This document shows positions 1-8,244 of a DNA stretch of 43,808 nt, piece by piece. This DNA comes from Candidatus Jordarchaeia archaeon. Lineage in GTDB: Archaea > Asgardarchaeota > Jordiarchaeia > Jordiarchaeales > Jordiarchaeaceae. The translations under genes and the position numbers were made by a program. Location: contig JAHQXB010000170.1 in NCBI GenBank assembly GCA_029856435.1, positions 1-43,808 on the forward strand. Reading direction: 5' to 3'. The notes beneath the pieces are model-generated. The model worked only from the letters and a program-made list of their open reading frames with translations. It searched no databases and was not told the origin of the DNA. The stretch's first letter is position 1, and each line of letters opens with the position of its first letter.

Positions 1-33
1 GAGCCGGGTTAGTCTAGCGGCGAGGCGCCGGAC

Positions 34-49
34 AGTTCTTTGCCCGGAA
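34..49 (+). other. tRNA intron 1 (16 nt) at position 32/33
   Basis: BHB-like motif: central helix CCGG 28-31 with CCGG 44-47, 3-nt bulges AC|A (32-34) and AA|T (48-50). Removal restores the 7-nt anticodon loop CTGCAGA. Confidence 0.85.
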
Positions 50-63
50 TGCAGATTCGGTAT

Positions 64-92
64 TTCCGGCTTTACCTCAAGCTGGGGCCGAA
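64..92 (+). other. tRNA intron 2 (29 nt) at position 46/47 (variable region)
   Basis: Central helix CGGT 58-61 with GCCG 87-90, bulges AT|T (62-64) and AA|A (91-93), 8-bp intron hairpin 65-72/79-86. Removal gives a 5-nt variable loop TATAC. Confidence 0.85.
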
Positions 93-105
93 ACCAGGGT
101 TCAAA

Positions 106-136
106 ATCCTTGGAGGTTTCTCTCCAGTGAGGAACA
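106..136 (+). other. tRNA intron 3 (31 nt) at position 59/60 (T loop)
   Basis: The T stem forms the outer helix; central helix TTCA 100-103 with GGAA 131-134 (one A-G mismatch); bulges AA|A and CA|T; intron hairpin 107-116/121-130. Removal gives the T loop TTCAAAT. Confidence 0.85.
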
Positions 137-297
137 TCCCTGACCCGGCTTCACTTAAACCCTCAAAATAGTTAATGGAAACTAAAAAGCTCCAGAGGTA
201 GAAGCCTCAAGGATTCGTATGGAAAAGGGAAAGCGATAAATAATTATGCTGACCAATAAAAGTTTTAATGTGGTTGGCCCTCTCATAGTGGTATGTC

Positions 298-948
298 TTG
301 TACAATGGTAGTTTGGAGAGTGGGCTGTTGAATTTTGGGCGTGACGATGTTGTTAGAATTAGGAGTGCTCTTGACGCTTTGGTCTCTATTTTGTGTGTGG
401 TCAGGGCTTTTGCTCCGGAGTATAATTTTGATTCTGCTGCGGAGGAAAGTATTAGGAGGCTTCTGGAAACTGTACGGGACACCCTGAAGTTAACCATGGA
501 TAAAATTGGTTCGGGAAAGCTGGAGGGGGTGAAGAACACTGAGGTAAAGTCAGTTGATTTTTCGGGTGTTCTTTTTATTACTGTTTCTTCCTCTGCGCGG
601 AAGAGGCTTTTGGATTTGGGTGTTGATGCTAGGTTTGTGGTGGTGACTGGTGGGCCTCTGGATGTGGGTGATGTTAAGATTTTGAATCCGGGTATTTCTG
701 AGGGGGCTCTTGAAACTGTGAGGCGGAAGGTGGAGGGTGTTTGGCGGGAAATTGAGAGGAAGGCTCTAGGGGCGAGAAGGATTCTGATATTGGCTGAGGC
801 GGGTAATAGGGGGGATTTGATGGTTTCTGAGAGGGTGGGTGAAATCGAGAGGAGGACGGGTGTGAAGGCCTTTGTTAAGACTTTTTCCAGCCTCAGGGAT
901 TTGTCGCCTGAATTTTTTGAAGAGTTTTTGGGTGATGCTGGTGTTTGA
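298..948 (+). CDS. pscE: SepCysE-like (DUF2100) protein, partner of SepRS/SepCysS
   Basis: The C-terminal half (LFITVSSSARKRLLDLGVD..VVVTGGPLDVGDVKILNPGISEGALE..RRKVE) matches the DUF2100/SepCysE pattern. Its stop overlaps the pscS start. The TTG start is uncertain. Confidence 0.75.
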   Translation: MYNGSLESGLLNFGRDDVVRIRSALDALVSILCVVRAFAPEYNFDSAAEESIRRLLETVRDTLKLTMDKIGSGKLEGVKNTEVKSVDFSGVLFITVSSSARKRLLDLGVDARFVVVTGGPLDVGDVKILNPGISEGALETVRRKVEGVWREIERKALGARRILILAEAGNRGDLMVSERVGEIERRTGVKAFVKTFSSLRDLSPEFFEEFLGDAGV

Positions 949-2140
949 TGAAAGTGTTTTGGAGAAGTACAGGAATTTGGTTCGCGGCGTTGAGGAGGAC
1001 GCGATAAATCTTCATCCTATCCAGTCTGGGGGTAGGGCTGGTGATTATCCGGGGGTTGTTCAGGCTGTTTTGAGGTTTGTTGATGGTTATAGTGTGTGTG
1101 ATTTTTGTATGAAGGGTAGGTTGGATCTCATTGATTCTCCTCCCCTTTGTGATTTTCATAGGGATATTGCTGACTTTTTGGATATGGATGTGGCTAGGCT
1201 TTTTCCGGGTTGTCGCCAGGCTCAGTATGCTGCGTTTCATGCTTTGGTTAAATCTGAGGACACTATTATTATTGATTCATTGGCACATTATAGTACTTAT
1301 TTGAGTGCTGAGAGGGTGGGTGCAAGGATTGTTGAGGTGCCGCATTCAGGATATCCCGACTTTGACCTATTTCTTGACGCTTATGCAGAAAAGATTGAGG
1401 AGGTAAAAAAGGAGACGGGTAAGTGGCCGGCTTTGGCCTTTTTAACTCATGTTGATTACAATTATGGTAATGTTTTTGATGCAAAGAGTGTGGGCAAAAT
1501 TGTGCATGATTATGGAATTCCCTTTGTGTTAAATGGGGCGTATACTGTTGGGCGAATGCCAGTTTCTGGAAAGGAGTTGGGTGCAGATATTTTGACTGCT
1601 TCACTGCACAAATCTTTTGCTTCTCCGGCACCCTCGGGTCTTCTGCTGGCTAGCAGGGATTATGCAGAGGTTATCTTCAAAAGTTCTTCGATTAGGGGTC
1701 CTTGGAGTGGTAGAAGTTTTGAGAATAAAGAAGTTGAAACTTTAGGCTGCACTCTTCCCGGCTGTGTAGTTATAGGTGTTATGGCTGCTTTTCCATATGT
1801 TGCTGAACGCGTTAAACATTGGGACGAAGAAGTTAAAAAGGCAAGGTATTTCATAGAGCAATTAGAAAGGGTGGCAGGGATTAAACAGCTGGGGCAGCGT
1901 CCACATAACCATGACTTGGTGCACTTTGAAAGCGAACCATTTTTTGAGATAGCCCAGAAACATCCTCGGAAAGGATTCTTCCTTTATGAAGAATTAAGGG
2001 AAAGAGGAGTCGCCGGAGTTCAACCCGGCTTATCAAAGTTCTTCAAGGTTTCAACGTATGGAAAAACATGGAACCAGATTAAACTAGCGGCTGAGGCATT
2101 TCTAGATATTGCACGAAAGTATAGCATCCCAATACATTAA
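935..2140 (+). CDS. pscS: Sep-tRNA:Cys-tRNA synthase (SepCysS), PLP-dependent
   Basis: Motifs INLHPIQSGG, DGYSVCDFC (CxxC), AHYSTY, LNGAYTVGRMP, SLHKS (PLP Lys) and TLGCT. Start is placed at ATG 935 rather than 872 because of the overlap with pscE. Confidence 0.95.
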   Translation: MLVFDESVLEKYRNLVRGVEEDAINLHPIQSGGRAGDYPGVVQAVLRFVDGYSVCDFCMKGRLDLIDSPPLCDFHRDIADFLDMDVARLFPGCRQAQYAAFHALVKSEDTIIIDSLAHYSTYLSAERVGARIVEVPHSGYPDFDLFLDAYAEKIEEVKKETGKWPALAFLTHVDYNYGNVFDAKSVGKIVHDYGIPFVLNGAYTVGRMPVSGKELGADILTASLHKSFASPAPSGLLLASRDYAEVIFKSSSIRGPWSGRSFENKEVETLGCTLPGCVVIGVMAAFPYVAERVKHWDEEVKKARYFIEQLERVAGIKQLGQRPHNHDLVHFESEPFFEIAQKHPRKGFFLYEELRERGVAGVQPGLSKFFKVSTYGKTWNQIKLAAEAFLDIARKYSIPIH

Positions 2141-2363
2141 CAAATGGAGTATAATGAGGGAGATAACCTGTTTCATTAAGGTGCAAGGGGTATTTTGGTG
2201 ATTGTGTTTCTGCCAGTTGAATCAGTGTTTACTGGCCTTTTTTCAGCTAAATTTGCTAGTTTGCGCAAAAAGGGTTTGAACATGATTAGTAAGGGGCCTG
2301 CAGTGCTACGCTTGAGGGATGTTTAAGCCCCAAAAATTTTGCTAGGTGAAATGTTTTGGAGGT

Positions 2364-2777
2364 TTATATTTTGTATTTTTCTCGGTATAGGGATAGAAGG
2401 TTTTGGATTTCATTATTTTGTTGGGCGCTTTCCTCTAGAATGTCTAGTACCTTGCCTATGTTTACTCCGCCTACTTTTTGTTTAATTTTTAGGTTTGATT
2501 TGAGGTCTAGGGGTGATGGTTTTCCCTGTAAAAAATCCAAGTATGATTTGAGTGGGGCTACATATTCTGCTTGGTAGTCGGGTATTTTGTCGGGGGTTAT
2601 GGAAATCCTTCCGTTTCCCAGAACTAGTGTGAAAGCCATTTCTCCCTCTGGTTCTGGTACTGCAGTGATTCTCTCGTAAATCTTGATTTTGGGTATGACT
2701 TGTAGAAATTCTTGGCTCTTTTCCTCCCGTGGTATGGCTTTCTCAAATATGTGTTTGAAGATATTAAATAAATCCAT
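2364..2777 (-). CDS. Small protein with a possible SCP2 (sterol carrier protein 2)-like fold
   Basis: 137 aa. FTLVLGNGRISIT..PDY..EY......YLDFLQGKPSPLD..SNLKI resembles the SCP2 beta-sheet/helix pattern; the assignment is by eye. Confidence 0.5.
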   Translation of the reverse strand: MDLFNIFKHIFEKAIPREEKSQEFLQVIPKIKIYERITAVPEPEGEMAFTLVLGNGRISITPDKIPDYQAEYVAPLKSYLDFLQGKPSPLDLKSNLKIKQKVGGVNIGKVLDILEESAQQNNEIQNLLSLYREKYKI

Positions 2778-2916
2778 GACAATTCCCCTGTTATAATTTC
2801 TTGCTTAAAGAAATTGTGCAATTTGGTATTTAAAGCTGTTCTTTAGGAATTCTTAACTATATTATAAATATTGTTTTTTATTATTAGTGATTTTTTGAAA
2901 AGTTTGGGTTATATTT

Positions 2917-4194
2917 TTAAGTATCTTTTTCAATTACCCTTCTGACTATTTCTAAGAATTCGCTCTTGAAGATGCCCTTCTGAAGTGTCCTCATTTTCTC
3001 TTTTACGTCCATGAAACGGGCGCGGATGATCTCTTTGCTCTGCTCTTCCTGTTTCTTCTTTAACTCGTAAACTATCTCTCTTATCTGTTCGTCTGTAGCT
3101 TCTATTCCTTCCTCCTGAAGCAAGTACCTCACAATGTGTCGTCCTGACTTTTTGCCCAAGAATAGCTCAGTCTGGCGTCCTATAAGTTCTGGGGGAAATG
3201 GTTCATAGGTGTTTTTATTCCTCAAAAGAGCATAAACGTGAATGCCACTCTCATGCCTAAAACTGTTATCTCCAACAAGAGGCTTATGCACTGAAAGAGG
3301 AATTCCAAAAGTTCTCTCAAAAATTTGTGAAACCTCGTAAATGCGGTCCAGCTTTATGCCAGTATCAACCTTATACAACAGTTCCAGAGAAACAACAACC
3401 TCCTCAAAGGAAGCATTCCCACCCCTTTCCCCATACCCATTTACGCAGGTGTGAGGGTAAATGACGCCCTCTTCCACTCCGGCAAGAGTGTTGGCTGTTG
3501 CCAACCCGAAATCATTGTGGCAGTGAATGGAAAGAGGAATGCTCCTATTAAATCTGGAGTTTAATTCATCTCTTACTCTACCAACAAGATATTTCATGGA
3601 TGTTGGGCGCATCACACCTAAAGTGTCTGCTAGTGCAATTTTGTCTGCTCCCGCATCTATGGCAGCCAAACAAAATTTCATTAGTTCATCAAAATAGGCC
3701 CGCGTAGCATCCTCAGCTACAAAGTCCACAACCACACCATGATCTCTTGCATAGTTTATGGCGTCGATCAACATTTCAACTGCTTCGTCCACGCTTTTCC
3801 TTAGTGAATACTTGAGTAGAATTCTACTAGTTGACATGAAAATGGGGATTTCTTTAACATCGCAGTCCAGACACGCATCTATGTCAGCTCTTCTTGGCCT
3901 AGCGGTGGCAGCAACCTTTGTATTAACAAGATTCTCACGTGATAGAGCCTTAACAACCATTTTCTCGGATTCAGAAACAGCAGGATAACTTGGAACAATA
4001 ACCTTAACTCCAATCTCATCCAATACCTTTGACAAATAGACCTTCTCATCCACCGTCAAAAAAGTACCCGGCGTTTGCTCACCATCCCGCAAAGTTTCGT
4101 CCCAGATGAAAACTTTCTTCGGCAAGTGCTTAGGCAGAGTTTCCAGTATCCTATTATAATCCATTACTTGTTCTTCTACTGATTCCAAAACCAT
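2917..4194 (-). CDS. LeuA-family (DRE-TIM) synthase lacking the C-terminal regulatory domain; homocitrate, isopropylmalate or citramalate synthase
   Basis: DETLRDGEQ, HCHNDFGLATAN, GERGGNA and HESGIH motifs; 425 aa. Confidence 0.85.
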   Translation of the reverse strand: MVLESVEEQVMDYNRILETLPKHLPKKVFIWDETLRDGEQTPGTFLTVDEKVYLSKVLDEIGVKVIVPSYPAVSESEKMVVKALSRENLVNTKVAATARPRRADIDACLDCDVKEIPIFMSTSRILLKYSLRKSVDEAVEMLIDAINYARDHGVVVDFVAEDATRAYFDELMKFCLAAIDAGADKIALADTLGVMRPTSMKYLVGRVRDELNSRFNRSIPLSIHCHNDFGLATANTLAGVEEGVIYPHTCVNGYGERGGNASFEEVVVSLELLYKVDTGIKLDRIYEVSQIFERTFGIPLSVHKPLVGDNSFRHESGIHVYALLRNKNTYEPFPPELIGRQTELFLGKKSGRHIVRYLLQEEGIEATDEQIREIVYELKKKQEEQSKEIIRARFMDVKEKMRTLQKGIFKSEFLEIVRRVIEKDT

Positions 4195-4333
4195 CCTTCA
4201 GAAACCACCAAAAATTTTAGTACGGGGAAACAGAGTAACAAAAGTTTAAAAATGTTATATTAACTACGAGTAAGGCTGTAGCATTTCTTGAATGCAGGAC
4301 CTCTAAAATCTTGTTCTGAATATATTTTAATGT

Positions 4334-5068
4334 TTAGTTAATAGTTTTCTTTAGGTCTTCCCATAGTTTTGGTAGGATTTCTGCTGCCATTCCCCGAATG
4401 GAAAGAGTCACATATGGTGTTAAGACTGTAGGTTCCCTATTTACTTCAATCACTACTGCACCACTTTTTCTGGCTAGCAGTGGGAGGTCTCGCGCCGGCG
4501 AAACCACCCCCGATGTCCCTATGACTAGGAAAAGTTCTGCCCTCCGGCTAAGATCTAGGGCGGCCTCCAATGTTTTCTGTTCTAAGGGTTCCCCAAATTG
4601 GACCACGTGGGGACGGAGTGCTTCCCCACAACTATGTATAGGAGGAATAGTTTCAAGGGGTGTTTTTGGCAGGTCAACTATTTCGCCATCTCTAGGGCAC
4701 CTCCCCTTCCACATATTGCCATGAAGCTCCAGTACTTTTCTACTTCCCGCACGATGATGCAGACCATCAACATTTTGAGTTATAAGATAGAAATTGTAGA
4801 AGAAATCCTCCATTTCTACAAGTGTGAGATGAGCCGCATTTGGTTCACAGCGACTAACAAGTTCCCTTCTCCACTCATAAAACTCCCAAGTTCCCCTAGT
4901 ATTCCATGGGGGACCGGATTTCCCAGCAAGGTTCCTAGCTGTCTCATTTTCCCACATTGAACCTCTGCCTCTGAAAATAGGCACCCCGCTCTCAGCAGAC
5001 ACACCTGCCCCAGTAAGGGCTACAATCAAAGATTTTCTATTCAAATTTAGTTTACCAATAAGAACCAT
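4334..5068 (-). CDS. cobB: Sir2-family NAD-dependent protein deacylase (class III-like)
   Basis: TGAGVSAESG, TQNVDGLH, LHG, IGTSGVV and EVN motifs; the YxxR motif (FYEWR) associated with desuccinylase activity is present. Confidence 0.93.
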   Translation of the reverse strand: MVLIGKLNLNRKSLIVALTGAGVSAESGVPIFRGRGSMWENETARNLAGKSGPPWNTRGTWEFYEWRRELVSRCEPNAAHLTLVEMEDFFYNFYLITQNVDGLHHRAGSRKVLELHGNMWKGRCPRDGEIVDLPKTPLETIPPIHSCGEALRPHVVQFGEPLEQKTLEAALDLSRRAELFLVIGTSGVVSPARDLPLLARKSGAVVIEVNREPTVLTPYVTLSIRGMAAEILPKLWEDLKKTIN

Positions 5069-5288
5069 CTATTCTCCATCCCCCAGGGGAATATAAAAAT
5101 TAAAAGTAACTCATCATTTTAATTTCAATTATGAACTGGAAGGAAACGTACATAAACTGTTCCACATCATTAAGGCTATAAATGTCTAAACATTTATAAG
5201 TTTTAAAAAGTTTTTTCCTAAGTATTTGAGCATTTGCGATGTGTGACTTAATTCTAAGAATTGTAAACTTATTTGGAGTTGATTGTTT

Positions 5289-6332
5289 ATGAGAGCTGCC
5301 TTGTTTCAAGGACCTAAGGCTAAACCTATGTTTACTGTTGGAGAGGTGGAAAATCCCAAGCCTAAGGCCAACGAAGTGGTGGTAGAAGTTGAGGCCTCAG
5401 CTTTGTGTGGGACAGATCTTCATATTCTGGATGGGACGCTTCTTGGCAAGGCGTATAAGCAACCGCCATTAATTGTAGGTCATGAGTGGGCGGGTACAGT
5501 TGTTGAAGTTGGTAGTTTAGCTGAAAAGTTTAAAGTGGGTGACAGAGTTTTCAGCTCACCAAACTTTTCCTGTGGTGTTTGCACCTTCTGTCTGAGGGGA
5601 CGACCCAACCTATGCGATAAGAGAGGGGTTTTCGGGCTGAATGCTCCAGGAAGCAATGCGGAGTACATTGCAGCACCGCAAGAATCTCTTTATCATCTTC
5701 CAGAGGGAATAAGCTTTAGAGTGGGTTCCCTGATAGGCGACACTCTTGGAACCGCTTATCACGCGGTTAGACGGGCGCAAATACAGCCGGGAGATGTAGT
5801 AGCGCTGTGGGGTCTGGGACCTGTAGGTATGACAATAGCCCAAATGGCTAAGATTGCGGGAGCCGCAAAATTGATAGTTGTGGATGTGGTTCCTTCGAGA
5901 CTGGAAGAGATTAGTAAGTTGGGCGTTGCCGACCACATAATTGATGGTAAAGAAAAGGACGCAGTAAAGGAAATAAAAGATTTGACTGGTGGAGTGGGTG
6001 CGGACATCACAGTTGAGGTGACGGGTGTAGATTTGGCTTTAGGCCAAGCCTTTGAAGCTCTGCGTAAGGGAGGAAAACTTTTACTGGTAGGGACACACTC
6101 TAAGAAATATGAGCTTTGGTCTCTTGCGGTAATGTATAGGGAGATTTCCATTATTGGAACATTTGCCCACGTTCCTACCGAGGCGGAGTATTTCGTAAAT
6201 CTTGTGGAGTCAGGAAGAATCAAGTTGGAGCCACTAATCACCCATGAATTCGGATTAGATGAGGTGAACACCGCCTTTGAGCTTTTCATGGCAAGAAAAA
6301 CTAATAAAGTAATTCTCTATCCCAAAAAGTAA
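5289..6332 (+). CDS. Zn-dependent medium-chain dehydrogenase (threonine/sorbitol dehydrogenase-like)
   Basis: LCGTD, GHE, structural Zn motif CGVC..C..G..NLC, and the GLGPVG Rossmann motif. Confidence 0.92.
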   Translation: MRAALFQGPKAKPMFTVGEVENPKPKANEVVVEVEASALCGTDLHILDGTLLGKAYKQPPLIVGHEWAGTVVEVGSLAEKFKVGDRVFSSPNFSCGVCTFCLRGRPNLCDKRGVFGLNAPGSNAEYIAAPQESLYHLPEGISFRVGSLIGDTLGTAYHAVRRAQIQPGDVVALWGLGPVGMTIAQMAKIAGAAKLIVVDVVPSRLEEISKLGVADHIIDGKEKDAVKEIKDLTGGVGADITVEVTGVDLALGQAFEALRKGGKLLLVGTHSKKYELWSLAVMYREISIIGTFAHVPTEAEYFVNLVESGRIKLEPLITHEFGLDEVNTAFELFMARKTNKVILYPKK

Positions 6333-6341
6333 GCCGACAAG

Positions 6342-6360
6342 AATTCACATATTGTGAATT
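6342..6360. terminator. Perfect hairpin between convergent genes (possible terminator or protein-binding palindrome)
   Basis: AATTCACA-TAT-TGTGAATT (8-bp arms), 10 bp after the dehydrogenase stop. Confidence 0.4.
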
Positions 6361-6433
6361 GGGTCACTGCGCATCACAACTCCAATTTCCTAGTTTCAAC
6401 GTTTATGTGACAAGGTGTTTTAAAGAAGCTCAA

Positions 6434-6958
6434 TCATTTTTTTGAGCGCCGGTTTAAAACAGTTAATCCCAAGAAACCAGATAATGTGCCTAAAGCTAAT
6501 AGGGCTAGGATACCTGCCCAGTCAAACGTGTATCCTATTCTTATAGCCTCATTCTGCAAGAATAGACTGAAAATTGAAACACTCAGCCCTATTAGTGGGC
6601 AGTCGGGTAACCATTTTTTTTCGCCACTCCATGAGAAATATACTAACGCCGCTACGGTCCCAGATACAATAGTAGTAACCACTGCGTAAACCAAATCGAA
6701 ATTATGATAATAGCCATAGAGTGTAACCTGTGAATAATCAACTCCCGCAATTCTTGAAATTATATAAGGCCTCAAGCCTGAAAGCACCGCTAACAAAAAA
6801 AGGCTAAAGCCAGCAGACGCAAAAATGAAAGTTAAACCTCTTTTAGGCGAATAGTCCTCCTCGAATTCGAAAGTTTCAGTCTCTTTCTTTGAAGCGTCGT
6901 CTTCAGAATTGGAACTCTTCTTATTTGCAATCCCACTATTTTTTTCCTTCACCATCAT
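6434..6958 (-). CDS. Hypothetical membrane protein (about 4 TM segments, charged N-terminal tail)
   Basis: 174 aa ORF with an acidic/lysine-rich N-terminus followed by four hydrophobic stretches. Confidence 0.75.
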   Translation of the reverse strand: MMVKEKNSGIANKKSSNSEDDASKKETETFEFEEDYSPKRGLTFIFASAGFSLFLLAVLSGLRPYIISRIAGVDYSQVTLYGYYHNFDLVYAVVTTIVSGTVAALVYFSWSGEKKWLPDCPLIGLSVSIFSLFLQNEAIRIGYTFDWAGILALLALGTLSGFLGLTVLNRRSKK

Positions 6959-7080
6959 CCATCCAGTAGATAGGGAGCTAGCTGAGATTCAGTATTTCAG
7001 TAATTTTAAAAAGTTTATCTAAACATACAAGCTCCCGACTTCCAGTTTTAAACTAATAAGTTTTTTGAGAGTTATATTAT

Positions 7081-7217
7081 CTTGACAATGTTAAATTTGG
7101 TTCGTTGCTGCTTGTTTCTTACTGTTTTTTATCTTTTAGGTGAGGAAAAACGCTTTTCCCGCGGCTCTTAATTAATAGTACTAAAATGGGAATCGGCTCA
7201 AATTTAACATTGTCAAG
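7081..7217. mobile_element. 137-bp MITE-like element
   Basis: Perfect 19-bp terminal inverted repeats CTTGACAATGTTAAATTTG (7081-7099) and CAAATTTAACATTGTCAAG (7199-7217), flanked by the direct repeat TTAT (7077-7080, 7218-7221); no ORF inside. Confidence 0.7.
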
Positions 7218-7877
7218 TTATAGTCTGCCTTTTTATCCATATGTTTAAACAACACTCCGGGGGGCTGAATTTTTGTGGTTTGACCTTGCCTTAGCCTGCC
7301 TCTGCATCCCTTCCTACCTCCATTTTTCTACACAAGGTGTTAAAAAAGATGGGAAAATGGTTTCTCTCAAGCCAGCCACAAAAACAGATCCCTACAAACA
7401 GGAGTGCTGCCTAAACATATAGTTTTTATGCCTCCATTTGTGAGTAGAATCTTCTTTGCAACCACAACGGACTAGAAACCCTCACCAAAGACTAGCAAAA
7501 ATACACGATTAGAAACAGGAGCCACAAGGTTCAACCAATTAAGGGATAGGAGAAACAAAGATACCAACCACAGCAAGCACATCTCCAAAACTGAGAAATC
7601 GGCTTCTCCTCTCCTTTGAACTTTAAATTAGGTATTAAAAAATTATTTTTTGGGGATTAAAATAGAACAAACATCATATAACCACTCGAAGGGCTTACAT
7701 CTTGCGAGTCGGGTAATAACACGGGTATTGGTAGTTTTAGGATTGTTCAATCAACTAGTTTTTAGTCGCTTTCCCCAAAATTTAGTTGAAGGTGTAGGTT
7801 AAGAGTTTTTGTCGTCTCTAGCAAGTCGGGTGAACCGTGGGCTTCGCTGTTGTTTCTTGTTGATGGCGAGGGTTGGC

Positions 7878-8153
7878 TTAAGTTTCTCCTTCTTCTGCGT
7901 AGTATTCTAGTGCTTGTCTCTTTAGTTCCTCTCGTTCGTCTTCGTCTATTTCATATTTTTTTGCTTCTCCACCCTCGACTACTATTGTCTTGTCTTTTGG
8001 TGTGTGGGGTATTTTGACCACTAGGCGATATTTTTTTGTGTCGGCTGCGTCTGTTTTGTAGCCACATTTTCTGCATATGAGTGTGCTTTTTCCTTCTTCC
8101 TTTTTGGGCATTAGTAATGTTCCATCGTTGGGACAAAATGACACCTTTTCCAC
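7878..8153 (-). CDS. RpoM/TFS/RPB9-like protein with only the N-terminal Zn ribbon plus an acidic helical tail
   Basis: FCPNDGTLLMPK..LICRKCGY N-terminal ribbon and HTPKDKTIVV linker; no C-terminal TFIIS-type ribbon. Confidence 0.8.
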   Translation of the reverse strand: MEKVSFCPNDGTLLMPKKEEGKSTLICRKCGYKTDAADTKKYRLVVKIPHTPKDKTIVVEGGEAKKYEIDEDEREELKRQALEYYAEEGET

Positions 8154-8244
8154 CTTTCTTGCGTTGGTGTTACTTTTTAATGTTCATTTTAAATGTCCGT
8201 TTAATTACCACACTTACTTATTTATACGTTTTTCTGATGCACTA

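Larger units (their letters stand above)
3..150 (+). tRNA. tRNA-Cys (anticodon GCA) interrupted by three introns; mature exons 3-33, 50-63, 93-105, 137-150 (72 nt)
   Basis: The joined exons fold as GCCGGGT TA GTCT AGCGGCG AGGC G CCGGA CTGCAGA TTCGG TATAC CAGGG TTCAAAT CCCTG ACCCGGC T. Acceptor (3-9/143-149) and T stems (95-99/138-142) are perfect. G37 and the U73 discriminator are typical of archaeal tRNA-Cys. CCA is not encoded. Confidence 0.93.

Noticed and set aside
1-153. tRNA-Sec interpretation, because 1-9 can pair with 143-151 as a 9-bp acceptor-like stem
   Set aside because: The anticodon is GCA, the spliced fold is a standard 7/5 tRNA with a short variable loop, and the extra pairs are flanking sequence.
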